A DNA stretch of 64,000 nucleotides from Candidatus Cloacimonadales bacterium (GTDB lineage Bacteria > Cloacimonadota > Cloacimonadia > Cloacimonadales > JAFGVF01), in the NCBI GenBank assembly GCA_963677495.2, contig CAXXOU010000002.1, positions 310,624 through 374,623 on the forward strand. The letters run 5' to 3'. Numbering within the stretch: the first letter of the stretch is position 1; each line of letters opens with the position of its first letter. The notes beneath the pieces were generated by a model that had not been told where the DNA came from, did not search any database, and worked only from the letters and a program-made list of their open reading frames with translations. A program made the position numbers and the translations under genes. This document shows, in pieces, positions 1 through 9,258 of this stretch.

Positions 1-3
1 GAT

Positions 4-678
4 ATGGAGTTTAACCAGATTGAAAGTGGTGCAATGCGGATAATGCAAAAGAATGACTTTCTTTCGTATTATGGTTATACAAGAAGGTATGATGAATTTG
101 GCACTACTATTCGATATAGAAAATTCAAGCCAAATGATAACAAACTGTTTGCTAATTATGTAAAAGAAAATCTTTTAGAACATCCTGAAATGCCAAATAT
201 ATCTATAGAATTAAAAATGAAGTTTATGGAGATTCTGACTGAACTATTCGAAAATGCACGAATGCATAGTGAAACTAAATCTGTTTATGCTTGTGGTCAG
301 TTCTTTCCTAAAAAGCATGAAATCAAGTTCTCTTTGACTGATTCAGGGGTTGGATTTAGAAACAGAATCAACAGTACTTTCCAAACAAGTCTAAAAGCTA
401 TCGATGCAATCGAATGGGCTTTAGTGGAAAGTCATTCAACTAAACAGAACACATCCGGTGGATTAGGATTGAGCATTTTAAAAGAATTTATTTGCCTAAA
501 TAGTGGACTGATTCAAATTGTCAGTGATAATGGATTTTATTCGATGAGTAAAGATGGTGTTTCAAGTAAAGAATACGGTAACCCCTTTCCGGGAACAATG
601 ATAAATCTGACTTTCCGGACTGATGACACAAACTCTTATTCTCTTGCTAACAAAGAAGAATTAGGTGACCTATTTTAG
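4..678 (+). CDS. GHKL/HATPase_c ATP-binding protein, anti-sigma-factor kinase-like (probably 5'-truncated by the window edge)
   Basis: N-box ELFENARMHS, G1 DSGVG, G2 GGLGL, G3 PGT; frame is open back to position 1. Confidence 0.75.
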   Translation: MEFNQIESGAMRIMQKNDFLSYYGYTRRYDEFGTTIRYRKFKPNDNKLFANYVKENLLEHPEMPNISIELKMKFMEILTELFENARMHSETKSVYACGQFFPKKHEIKFSLTDSGVGFRNRINSTFQTSLKAIDAIEWALVESHSTKQNTSGGLGLSILKEFICLNSGLIQIVSDNGFYSMSKDGVSSKEYGNPFPGTMINLTFRTDDTNSYSLANKEELGDLF

Positions 679-688
679 GAGAAGATTG

Positions 689-1036
689 ATGAAAGACTTA
701 AGAATCGAAATAATCAATATTGTTGGTAGTGAATACTGCATTGAAGCAGAAGATGGACAGTTAGTATATGAACAGATTAGAAAAGCTATTGATAATGGTA
801 ATAAAATAATCCTATCTTTCAACAATGTTGAGATTTTAACTACCTCATTCCTCAATACAGCTGTAGGACAACTTTATAAAGAGTATAAAGATGAACAAGT
901 TAAAGAGATTATGTCCGTAGAGAACATGTCCCCATCTGATCAGGCAAAACTAAAAAGAGTAAATGATACCGCTAAGCTATACTATAAAGATCCTGATAGA
1001 CTAAAGAGAAGCCTTGATGCTGTAATGGAAGATTGA
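689..1036 (+). CDS. STAS-like (DUF4325-type) protein
   Basis: AGGAG RBS at 677-681 before ATG 689; EDGQLVY...LSFNNVEILTTSFLNTAVGQLY matches the STAS-like pattern; lies directly after the kinase. Confidence 0.75.
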   Translation: MKDLRIEIINIVGSEYCIEAEDGQLVYEQIRKAIDNGNKIILSFNNVEILTTSFLNTAVGQLYKEYKDEQVKEIMSVENMSPSDQAKLKRVNDTAKLYYKDPDRLKRSLDAVMED

Positions 1037-1037
1037 T

Positions 1038-1583
1038 ATGAAAAGGTACTCCTTAAAAGATGTAGATAGTGTAAAAGATAGGAGAATCTTTTTTGATACT
1101 AATATCCTTATCTTTCTTTTTGGTACACATACTCAAGATAGATATAGACAAAACCTATATGCTAAACTCTACAAGATGTTATTGAGTCCTAAGAGCTTAT
1201 TCTACGTCGACTTTATAGTTGTTTCAGAATTTATTAACAGACTAAGCCGTGTAGAATATGAGAATTATTTAAATTTCCATAATTTGCAGAGAAGTGAATT
1301 CTCATATAAAAAATATAGAAATACAGATGAAGGTACTACAACCATCAAAGGAATCTATTCAACTGCAATAGATGATATTTTAAATAAATTCCTAATTACT
1401 GGAAAGCAATTTATAAGAAAAGATCTTGAAAGTTTCCTACAAATTAATGACTTAGATTTTTCCGATAAAGCAATTGAACTGGTTTGTAAAGAGAATAACT
1501 TTGTGTTATTCACTGATGATAGAGACTTTGCTGATTCAGATATAGATATCCTAAGTGCCAATGGAAGCATCGTTGAACAATAG
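1038..1583 (+). CDS. PIN-domain (VapC-like) nuclease
   Basis: FFDTNIL, VSEF, DFSD and FTDDRDF acidic PIN motifs; starts 1 nt after the upstream stop. Confidence 0.8.
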   Translation: MKRYSLKDVDSVKDRRIFFDTNILIFLFGTHTQDRYRQNLYAKLYKMLLSPKSLFYVDFIVVSEFINRLSRVEYENYLNFHNLQRSEFSYKKYRNTDEGTTTIKGIYSTAIDDILNKFLITGKQFIRKDLESFLQINDLDFSDKAIELVCKENNFVLFTDDRDFADSDIDILSANGSIVEQ

Positions 1584-1600
1584 AATATTAATAACTCTCT

Positions 1601-1625
1601 AGGTCGTTTCAAGCGACCTTTCCTT
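1601..1625 (+). terminator. Putative intrinsic terminator after the PIN gene
   Basis: AGGTCG/CGACCT stem followed by a pyrimidine run. Confidence 0.5.
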
Positions 1626-1913
1626 ATCTCTCACAAAATCTAAACAATTTTTACCCCTCACTAGCTCTTCTCAAAACAGGTATTCAGTCCCTCTAATGGA
1701 AAACACAAGTGAGGAAAGGTTCAGAAAATACCTTAAATTCCCAAAAAGCGTGAGCTACAACTAATAGAGGTATAAATAATAATTACCAATTATGAATTAG
1801 GAATTTACTTGCAGTTTGCAAGACTCGTGGTATCAATGGTTTTTAGGAAGGAAATTTATTTACAATTTCTTTAATAATTGAAAGTTGGCATCATATTTGA
1901 GCTGGAGGAAAAG

Positions 1914-2270
1914 ATGCTTAGAACAATGCTTTACGCGAAGATACATAGAGCGACTATTACAGAGACCGACCTTGATTATGTCGGTAGTATAACTATTGAT
2001 AAAGATTTGTTAGATGAAACCGGAATCTTACCTAATGAGAAGGTTGAAATCTATGATATAGACAATGGTAACCGTTTTGCAACCTACGTGATTGAAGGTG
2101 AAGCCGGTAGTGGTATTATCGGTGTAAATGGTGCAGCTGCACGTCTTGTCCGTCGTGGTGATAAGGTTATAATTGTGAACTTTGTTGAACTTCACACTGA
2201 TGAACTTGAAGGACATAAGCCAAACGTTGTTATTGTTGACGATGAGAACAAAGTAATCGACCGCAAATAG
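1914..2270 (+). CDS. panD: Aspartate 1-decarboxylase
   Basis: MLRTMLYAKIHRAT, YVGSITID self-cleavage site, RFATY, NGAAAR; GGAGG RBS before ATG 1914. Confidence 0.96.
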   Translation: MLRTMLYAKIHRATITETDLDYVGSITIDKDLLDETGILPNEKVEIYDIDNGNRFATYVIEGEAGSGIIGVNGAAARLVRRGDKVIIVNFVELHTDELEGHKPNVVIVDDENKVIDRK

Positions 2271-2277
2271 AGAGATT

Positions 2278-3114
2278 ATGGAAGTTATCAAGACAGTTGA
2301 AGAGATGCAAAATCTCACTCGTAAAGCTATGTGGAATCGTAAGGTTGGTTTTGTACCAACAATGGGCGCATTGCATAAAGGGCATATTAGTTTAGCTGAG
2401 CAAGCCAAGAAGGAATGTTCATTAGTTGTAATGAGTATTTATGTGAATCCAAGTCAGTTTGGCCCAAATGAAGATCTTGATAACTACCCTAGAACCTTGG
2501 ATGCAGACCTTCAGAAAGCTAACGATGCCGGTGTTGATATTGTTTTTCTGCCAACTGACAAGGAGATTTATCCAGAGGGATATAGCAGTTGGGTGAATGT
2601 TGATGGACTTACAAATGTTCTTTGCGGGGCATCTCGACCCGGTCACTTTAGAGGAGTAACTACAATTGTTGCGAAACTGATGAACATTGTTAAACCCAAC
2701 TTCATGTATATGGGAGAGAAGGATTATCAACAGATAGCAGTGTTGAACAAGATGATTATAGACCTAAATTTTTCTACTATCATTCGATCTTGCCCAATTA
2801 TCAGAGAATCGGATGGACTTGCAATGAGTTCTAGAAATAAATATCTCTCTAAGCTTGAAAGAGAAAATGCTTTATGCTTAAGCAATGCAATTAAACAAGC
2901 AAAATTGCTATATAAATCAGGTGAAACTGACGTTGCTAAACTTAGATTTGAAATGGAATCGATAGTAAAAAATGCAGATGGGAAGATAGATTATATTGAA
3001 TTTGTTGACAAAGAAACTTTACAGTCTAAAGTTGAGGTTGATGACAATACAAGAGTTATAATGGCAGTTTACATTGGCTCTACAAGATTAATTGATAATT
3101 CAGACTTGAGGTAA
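2278..3114 (+). CDS. panC: Pantoate--beta-alanine ligase
   Basis: PTMGALHKGH, NPSQF, RPGHFRGV, GEKDYQQ, GLAMSSRN, RLIDN. Confidence 0.97.
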   Translation: MEVIKTVEEMQNLTRKAMWNRKVGFVPTMGALHKGHISLAEQAKKECSLVVMSIYVNPSQFGPNEDLDNYPRTLDADLQKANDAGVDIVFLPTDKEIYPEGYSSWVNVDGLTNVLCGASRPGHFRGVTTIVAKLMNIVKPNFMYMGEKDYQQIAVLNKMIIDLNFSTIIRSCPIIRESDGLAMSSRNKYLSKLERENALCLSNAIKQAKLLYKSGETDVAKLRFEMESIVKNADGKIDYIEFVDKETLQSKVEVDDNTRVIMAVYIGSTRLIDNSDLR

Positions 3115-3115
3115 T

Positions 3116-3880
3116 ATGGCTGATAAAAGTGTATGGTTTGAGACAGTTAAGCACTATATCAATGTGCTAGTTGGTATGATTGTAATTTTTGGTGTTGTAA
3201 CAGGTTTGTATTTCGGGTGGTATCAATCCCGCTCAGGTAAGATGATTTGGGTTTCAAATAGCTACCATTTAGCAACATCTCTCCATTGTTCCTCTGCAAA
3301 AGAGCAATACATGAAGATTATTAACAGCATCGAGAAAGAACTGAATAGCTCAAAGCTTACAGAGAATAAGATTGATGCCAGTGAAGCCTCTTTGGCATAC
3401 CAACTTGCTGTTAAAGATATTTCAATGATAGTGCTGTTGCAAACAATACATCATGATGATAAGTATACTGATAAAACAGACCTCGTTAGAGATCAATTCA
3501 ATTCAATAGTTATCAAGAATAATCTACCTCGTGAACAAGCTAAAGAGATAAGCAAGAATGCTTATGAATATATCAAAGTTTTAGATTCTCTCCAAGCTGA
3601 ACACCAAAATGATAATGTTATCTTGGAAGCAAAGATTAAAACATGGCGTAAACGAAGAACATATCATTTCCTAGGTTTCTTAGTGCTTATTCTGATTATC
3701 GGATTTGGACTTGTAAGGCGAATTACAAGCTTAATTAAAATGATTCTATTTAGATTACTAGAAGAGAGTGATGAAAGGGAATCTGAACGAAAAGTATTAA
3801 AGAAAAGGGAAGAGGAGATAGAAGAGCTTCGTTCTATTATCTATAGAGTTAAGCAGGAACATCCAGAAATAGAGCTATAA
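3116..3880 (+). CDS. Hypothetical membrane protein with two TM helices and a charged C-terminal tail
   Basis: 254-aa ORF inside the operon, with hydrophobic segments near the N-terminus and around residues 185-202. Confidence 0.6.
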   Translation: MADKSVWFETVKHYINVLVGMIVIFGVVTGLYFGWYQSRSGKMIWVSNSYHLATSLHCSSAKEQYMKIINSIEKELNSSKLTENKIDASEASLAYQLAVKDISMIVLLQTIHHDDKYTDKTDLVRDQFNSIVIKNNLPREQAKEISKNAYEYIKVLDSLQAEHQNDNVILEAKIKTWRKRRTYHFLGFLVLILIIGFGLVRRITSLIKMILFRLLEESDERESERKVLKKREEEIEELRSIIYRVKQEHPEIEL

Positions 3881-3884
3881 TCCT

Positions 3885-4850
3885 TTGCAAAATCCCATAA
3901 AGATTCTTTTCTTTAGTGATACACATCTGGGGTTCGATTATCCTGTGAATCCAAAGATTCAACGTCGACGCAGAGGGGATGATTTTTTCAATAACTTCGA
4001 GCAAGTACTAGATATTGCCCACAAAGAGAACTTTGATTTAGTTATCCATGGTGGAGATCTTTTCTTTAGAAGTAAAATTCCTCCGATGATTGTCGATAAA
4101 GTCTATCTTGAACTTCTCAAGTTCTCAAAACATGGTATACCAATAGTAATTGTACCCGGCAACCATGAACGTTCTATTTTACCTGAATCAATCTTATTGG
4201 CAACCCCTGAGATTAACATCTTTCAAGAACCGAACAGGTTTACATTTCGAATAAAAGACAGGACAATATCAGTTTCCGGCTTCCCATTTGTACGTGGGGA
4301 TATTAGAGCTACATTTACGGATATTGTGACAGAGTTAACCAATGTCAAGCGGAGTGACATAGAATTACTTGTTGTGCACCACCCATTCGATGGGGCACAA
4401 GTCGGACCGCAGGAATTCACATTCTTTAAACGTGAAGATACAATAGCATTATCCCCTTTATTGACATACTATGATATGATTTTAGCAGGACACATTCATA
4501 GGCGGCAAGTTCTTAAACTAAAAGATACTCCTATAGTATTTAGTGGATCAATTGAGCGTACTTCCATTGCTGAAATTGGGGAGCAAAAGGGATTTGTGGA
4601 GATAGTTATTGATGATACTGTTGCTTTCAAGTTTAGGGACCTTTATGCGAGACCAATGTATGTTTTAGATATCCCCAATGTAGATAATTTAGAGTCAGAA
4701 GTAGTTAAAGCTATTTCAACTCTGGAAAAGGACAGTATTGTTTACATTAAATTCACAGATAAATCATATCTTAGTGATTCACATCTTAGAGAGTTAGCAC
4801 CTGATACAATGAATATTCAATCAACAGGATACAGAAAAAGGCGATCATAA
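3885..4850 (+). CDS. SbcD/Mre11-family metallophosphoesterase nuclease
   Basis: SDTHLG, GGDLF, PGNHE, LAGHIH, FSGSIER motifs; TTG start. Confidence 0.8.
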   Translation: MQNPIKILFFSDTHLGFDYPVNPKIQRRRRGDDFFNNFEQVLDIAHKENFDLVIHGGDLFFRSKIPPMIVDKVYLELLKFSKHGIPIVIVPGNHERSILPESILLATPEINIFQEPNRFTFRIKDRTISVSGFPFVRGDIRATFTDIVTELTNVKRSDIELLVVHHPFDGAQVGPQEFTFFKREDTIALSPLLTYYDMILAGHIHRRQVLKLKDTPIVFSGSIERTSIAEIGEQKGFVEIVIDDTVAFKFRDLYARPMYVLDIPNVDNLESEVVKAISTLEKDSIVYIKFTDKSYLSDSHLRELAPDTMNIQSTGYRKRRS

Positions 4851-4862
4851 AGATCGCCTTTT
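4836..4862. terminator. Bidirectional terminator between convergent genes
   Basis: AAAAGGCGATC-ataaa-GATCGCCTTTT. Confidence 0.7.
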
Positions 4863-4880
4863 CCAATTTATAAGTGAAGA

Positions 4881-6974
4881 CTATTCTTCAGTCTTTTTCT
4901 CTTCAGAAGCTTCAATAACTTCCTCTTCAACTACAGGTACCTCTTCAACAGCAGGAGCTGTCTCTTCAGCAACCGGAGCTTTCTGTTTTGTTTCTTCAAC
5001 TACTTCAGGTTCTGGAGTTACTTCTTCAGTTGCAGGAGCTGTTTCTTCAACAGCAGGCTCAGTAACAACTTCTTCTGCTACAGGAGCTTCTACAACTTCC
5101 TCTTTCTTAGCTTCTTTTCTTTCTGCTTTAGAAGCTTCTTTTTTCTTAGCAGCTTTCTTCTTTCTGTCCTCTTTACGCTTTCTGTCTTCTTCGAGGTGCT
5201 TCATAATCTCTTCATGCTGTTCATTATGGAACTGAACATAAGTTTCTTGAAGTTCAAGGTCTCTTGAGAAGAAGTAAGCTTTAACTGAGAGGATAAGACG
5301 ACGGTTTTCCATATCAAGTTCGATAACTTTAAGTGGAAGTTCTTCGTTCATCTTAAAGAACTCTTCCGGATGCTCTAAGTTTGGAATTGCAAGATGAGAG
5401 ATAGGTACGAAACCTTCTACTGATGTTCCTTCTACAGGAATATCAACTAAAAGACCCTTAGGGATAAGCTTAGATACTTTACCGATAATCTCAGTGTTGA
5501 GAGGTAATAATGTATCAAGACTGTTCCATGGATCTGTGCTCATCTGTTTGATTCCAAGAGCGATACGATGGAGAGTTCTGTCTACAGCAAGAACTATTGC
5601 TTTAACCATCTGTCCTTTCTTGAACATTTCTCTTGGATGATAGATACGTTTTGTCCATGAGATATCGGAGATGTGAACGAGACCATCAATACCATCTTCG
5701 AGTTCAAGGAATACACCAAACTCAGTGATATTCTTAACTTTACGCTCGATAGTAGTTCCGATAGGATATCTTTCATCAATTGAAACCCAAGGGTTAGGGA
5801 ACATCTGTTTCATTCCAAGAGAGATCTTATGGTTCTCTTTATCAATTGCTAATACAATAGCATTAACTGTTTCACCAATCTTCACATATTTGTGAGGGTT
5901 TACAATAGATTTAGTCCATGACATTTCTGAAACATGGATTAAACCTTCAACACCTGGCTCAAGCTCAACGAATGCACCGTAATTTACGATGTTTACAATT
6001 TTACCTTTAACCTGCTTACCTTCTGGGTAGTTTGCATCAACATTTGCCCATGGTTCAGGAACGAGTTGTTTGAGTCCAAGTGCTACGCGACCGCTTTCTT
6101 TATCGAAATCGATCACTTTTACTTTGAGCTTGTCGCCAATATTCAACATCTCTGATGGGTGGTTAATTCTTCCCCAAGACATATCCTGGATATGAAGAAG
6201 ACCATCAATTCCACCGAGGTCGATAAATGCGCCGTAATTAGTGATGTTTTTAACTTCACCTTCAAGCTCTGCATCAATTTTAATACTGTCGATAATTTCA
6301 TGTTTTCTGCTTTCAAGGTCTTCTTCAAGAACTTTCTTGCGAGAAACGATGATGTTACGACGTTCTTCATCTAACTTAATGATGTAGAAAGTGTGTTCTT
6401 TACCAATAAACTGGTCCAGGTTAGGAATAGGTTTGAGAGCGATCTGTGAACCTGGTAAGAAAGCTTCCAGTCCTAAGATCTCTACAATCATTCCACCTTT
6501 AACTCTGCGTCTAAGAATGCCTTGCACACGGTCTTGTGCTTCATAGATCTCTTTAACCTTAACAAGGTTAACTTTGAAATCTGCTTTTTTCTTTGAAAGC
6601 TTAATTCTGCCTTCATCGAAACGTGTAACCATCACTTGGATTTCATCCATGAATGAAGGAACACCTGAATAACTGAATTCAGAAACAGGGATAGCACCTT
6701 CAGATTTTCCGCCGATGTCTACAAGAACTTCTTTATCGTTTACAGAAACAACTGTTCCCTTCACGATTTCACCTGCTTTGTAATCCGGGAATGATTGATC
6801 GATAAGGTCGATCATTTCCTGATGCTGAGATTCCTCTTCAGTTAATGGTTTTGCATCTTTTTCCGGTGCTATTTCAGCATGCTCTTCAGCCTGGTGGCGT
6901 AAAGCCTCTTCAGCTGCAGCGAGTTCTTCTTCCGGAACTTCAGTTTTGATAATTTCGTCTTTTGTGTAATCCAT
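4881..6974 (-). CDS. rpsA: 30S ribosomal protein S1 with a long acidic C-terminal tail
   Basis: Repeated S1 domains (YGAFIDLGGIDGLLH, YGAFVELEPGVEGLIHVSEMSW); GGAGG RBS before ATG 6974; downstream of cmk-ispH. Confidence 0.95.
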   Translation of the reverse strand: MDYTKDEIIKTEVPEEELAAAEEALRHQAEEHAEIAPEKDAKPLTEEESQHQEMIDLIDQSFPDYKAGEIVKGTVVSVNDKEVLVDIGGKSEGAIPVSEFSYSGVPSFMDEIQVMVTRFDEGRIKLSKKKADFKVNLVKVKEIYEAQDRVQGILRRRVKGGMIVEILGLEAFLPGSQIALKPIPNLDQFIGKEHTFYIIKLDEERRNIIVSRKKVLEEDLESRKHEIIDSIKIDAELEGEVKNITNYGAFIDLGGIDGLLHIQDMSWGRINHPSEMLNIGDKLKVKVIDFDKESGRVALGLKQLVPEPWANVDANYPEGKQVKGKIVNIVNYGAFVELEPGVEGLIHVSEMSWTKSIVNPHKYVKIGETVNAIVLAIDKENHKISLGMKQMFPNPWVSIDERYPIGTTIERKVKNITEFGVFLELEDGIDGLVHISDISWTKRIYHPREMFKKGQMVKAIVLAVDRTLHRIALGIKQMSTDPWNSLDTLLPLNTEIIGKVSKLIPKGLLVDIPVEGTSVEGFVPISHLAIPNLEHPEEFFKMNEELPLKVIELDMENRRLILSVKAYFFSRDLELQETYVQFHNEQHEEIMKHLEEDRKRKEDRKKKAAKKKEASKAERKEAKKEEVVEAPVAEEVVTEPAVEETAPATEEVTPEPEVVEETKQKAPVAEETAPAVEEVPVVEEEVIEASEEKKTEE

Positions 6975-6987
6975 TCTTCCTCCTGAA

Positions 6988-7863
6988 TTAGTGGACTGGA
7001 ATATCTGTGACATTGTCTGCCTTGGACAGATCCCCAAACCAATCTATTAATTTATTATATATTTCTACGATTATGACATCCGGTGTGGAAGCACCGGCAG
7101 AGATACCGATTTTCTCTTTTTGCACGAACCATCCCTGCTCTAACTCCTCTGCTGTCTCAATATGATGAGTCTCTACATGAGGAGATGAAAGCTTGGAGAG
7201 CATTCTTGTATTTGAGCTATATTTTCCTCCAATAATCAACATGACATCAACAGATTTTGCAAGTTCAACTGTATGAAACTGCCTTACTTCTGTTGCTGTG
7301 CATATCGTATTATGAACAAGTAACTCCTGACACTCTTCCACTAAATGGCAGGTAACTTGTTTAAACCCACTTAAGTCTTTCGTGGTCTGGGAAATCAGGG
7401 CAGACTTATGATGGGGGGCTTGAATCTCTTTCTCTGAAGAAACAACAATAGCTCCTCGTTTTCTTGCAAATGAACATAGGGACTTAACTTCCGGGTGGTC
7501 ACCATCTCCATAGATGTAAACTTGATACCCGTTTGAATCTGCACTATTTACATGCTCCTGTGCCTTTTTGACGAAGGGACATGTTGCATCAATAATCTCT
7601 ACTTCTTTTGCTTGCAGCTCTTCATAGGTTTCACGGGGTATTCCGTGAGAGCGAACAATAACAGGTTTATCAGTGCATTCATCTATTGAAGTTACCGGAA
7701 CAACTCCTAGCTTTGAAAGTTTCTCAACAACCTGAGGGTTATGAATAATATCTCCAAGGGTATTAACTTCTTTATACTTCTTTGCACTTCTCTCTGCAAT
7801 TTGTACTGCTCTTTTTACACCGAAACAAAATCCGGCATGCCTTGCTAAAAAGATCTGCTTCAC
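6988..7863 (-). CDS. ispH: 4-hydroxy-3-methylbut-2-enyl diphosphate reductase
   Basis: GFCFGVKRA, IIHN, DATCPFV, HPEV, SQTT, TICTAT, SSNT, AGASTP. Confidence 0.96.
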   Translation of the reverse strand: MKQIFLARHAGFCFGVKRAVQIAERSAKKYKEVNTLGDIIHNPQVVEKLSKLGVVPVTSIDECTDKPVIVRSHGIPRETYEELQAKEVEIIDATCPFVKKAQEHVNSADSNGYQVYIYGDGDHPEVKSLCSFARKRGAIVVSSEKEIQAPHHKSALISQTTKDLSGFKQVTCHLVEECQELLVHNTICTATEVRQFHTVELAKSVDVMLIIGGKYSSNTRMLSKLSSPHVETHHIETAEELEQGWFVQKEKIGISAGASTPDVIIVEIYNKLIDWFGDLSKADNVTDIPVH

Positions 7864-7875
7864 TATTTAAACACT

Positions 7876-8574
7876 CTATGCGTACGCTTTATTTTTGATA
7901 ATTTCCTTAATTCTACTAACCTGCTCATCAATCGATAAGCCGGTTGTGTCAATCTCGATAGCATCATCTGCTTTCTTCAAAGGAGCAAGGGCACGTGTTG
8001 AATCATTCTTATCACGCCATATTAAATCATCTCTGACTTCTTCAAAGCTGATCTCCATCCCTTTTTGCTGCAATTCAGCAAATCTCCGTTGTGCTCTTAC
8101 TTCTACGTCTGCAATCATGAATAGCTTTAAGTCTGCATTGGGGAACACAACTGTTCCAATATCGCGACCATCCATTACTACTCCACCTGCTTTTCCCATC
8201 TCACGTTGTAAATCGACAAGCTTTGTGCGCACAATGCCTATCTGCGAGATATCAGAAGCAAGCCTGGAAACCTCTTTTGTTCTGATTGCTTCACTAACAT
8301 CCTCATTATTCAAGAAGATGCGGTTTCCTGTTTCACTGTATCTAATTTCGATAATTATATCCTGCATCATTTCAGTGATAGCAGGGATGTCAGATAGAGG
8401 TATACCTAACTGCTTGGAACATAGCCCACAAGCTCTATACATAGCACCTGTGTCTATGTATATGTATTCAAGCTCTTTAGCCAACAGCTTAGCTGTTGTA
8501 CTTTTGCCTGATGCAGCAGGGCCATCTAATGCGATGATTAATTTCTTATCTCTATCTTTATATATATTCTCCAT
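7876..8574 (-). CDS. cmk: Cytidylate kinase
   Basis: DGPAASGKST, DTGAMYR, DGRDIGTVVFP. Confidence 0.97.
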   Translation of the reverse strand: MENIYKDRDKKLIIALDGPAASGKSTTAKLLAKELEYIYIDTGAMYRACGLCSKQLGIPLSDIPAITEMMQDIIIEIRYSETGNRIFLNNEDVSEAIRTKEVSRLASDISQIGIVRTKLVDLQREMGKAGGVVMDGRDIGTVVFPNADLKLFMIADVEVRAQRRFAELQQKGMEISFEEVRDDLIWRDKNDSTRALAPLKKADDAIEIDTTGLSIDEQVSRIKEIIKNKAYA

Positions 8575-8882
8575 AATAGTACATATCCAAGAGCCTGTCC
8601 AAAACAGTCAACACTTTTTTCTCCTGTATTTATATTTCCTGTAAAACTGTTCAAAATGTCTACTTTTAATAAGTGTAAATCAATGTTTAAGTTATGTTAC
8701 TTCACTGCTACTTTATGGTAAATATTTATTGTATAACATAACTCTAACGTAGCTATATAGTTGATACTATTATCGAATCAATTGCTGTTTTCGATCATAT
8801 TCGTATAATTATAGTTATTTTTCTTAACAGATTTCGAGAAAATAGATTATCATCTCTATAAGAATATTTATGGAGGTAAAAG

Positions 8883-9254
8883 ATGCGATTAGGTGCATTT
8901 TCAGTAAGCTTATCTGTAAAAGATATTAATGTTTCGAGAGAGTTTTATTTAAACCTTGGATTTGAAGAGATGGGTGGAAACATAGAGCAGAACTGGTTGA
9001 TTCTTAAGAACGGGGAAACTGTGATAGGTCTCTTCCAAGGGATGTTCGAAAAGAACATTATGACCTTTAATCCCGGATGGAATCAAAAGGCTGAGAACAC
9101 AGAAGATTTTGATGATGTTAGGGTCATACAAGAAGACCTTAAATCCAAAGGGATTGAAATAATAAATGAAGCAAGTTTAGAAAGTGAAGGACCTGAGAAC
9201 TTCATCGTTGTTGACCCTGATGGTAACCAGATTCTCTTCGATCAGCATAGATAA
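8883..9254 (+). CDS. VOC/glyoxalase family protein
   Basis: FSVSLSVKD..SREFY..LGF, IGLFQGMFE, DPDGNQILFDQH; GGAGG RBS. Confidence 0.88.
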   Translation: MRLGAFSVSLSVKDINVSREFYLNLGFEEMGGNIEQNWLILKNGETVIGLFQGMFEKNIMTFNPGWNQKAENTEDFDDVRVIQEDLKSKGIEIINEASLESEGPENFIVVDPDGNQILFDQHR

Positions 9255-9258
9255 TCTC

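Noticed and set aside
1886..1901. Sigma-54 promoter before panD (TGGCATCATATTTGAG)
   Set aside because: The -12 element is GA rather than GC, and the site abuts the RBS
6974..7863. IspH-RpsA fusion
   Set aside because: ispH ends with TAA at 6988 and rpsA has its own RBS and ATG in another frame
7895..8644. 249-aa antisense ORF over cmk, and similar shadow ORFs (e.g. 52821-53351, 42108-42578, 24714-25100)
   Set aside because: Antisense to well-supported genes, with no recognisable motifs
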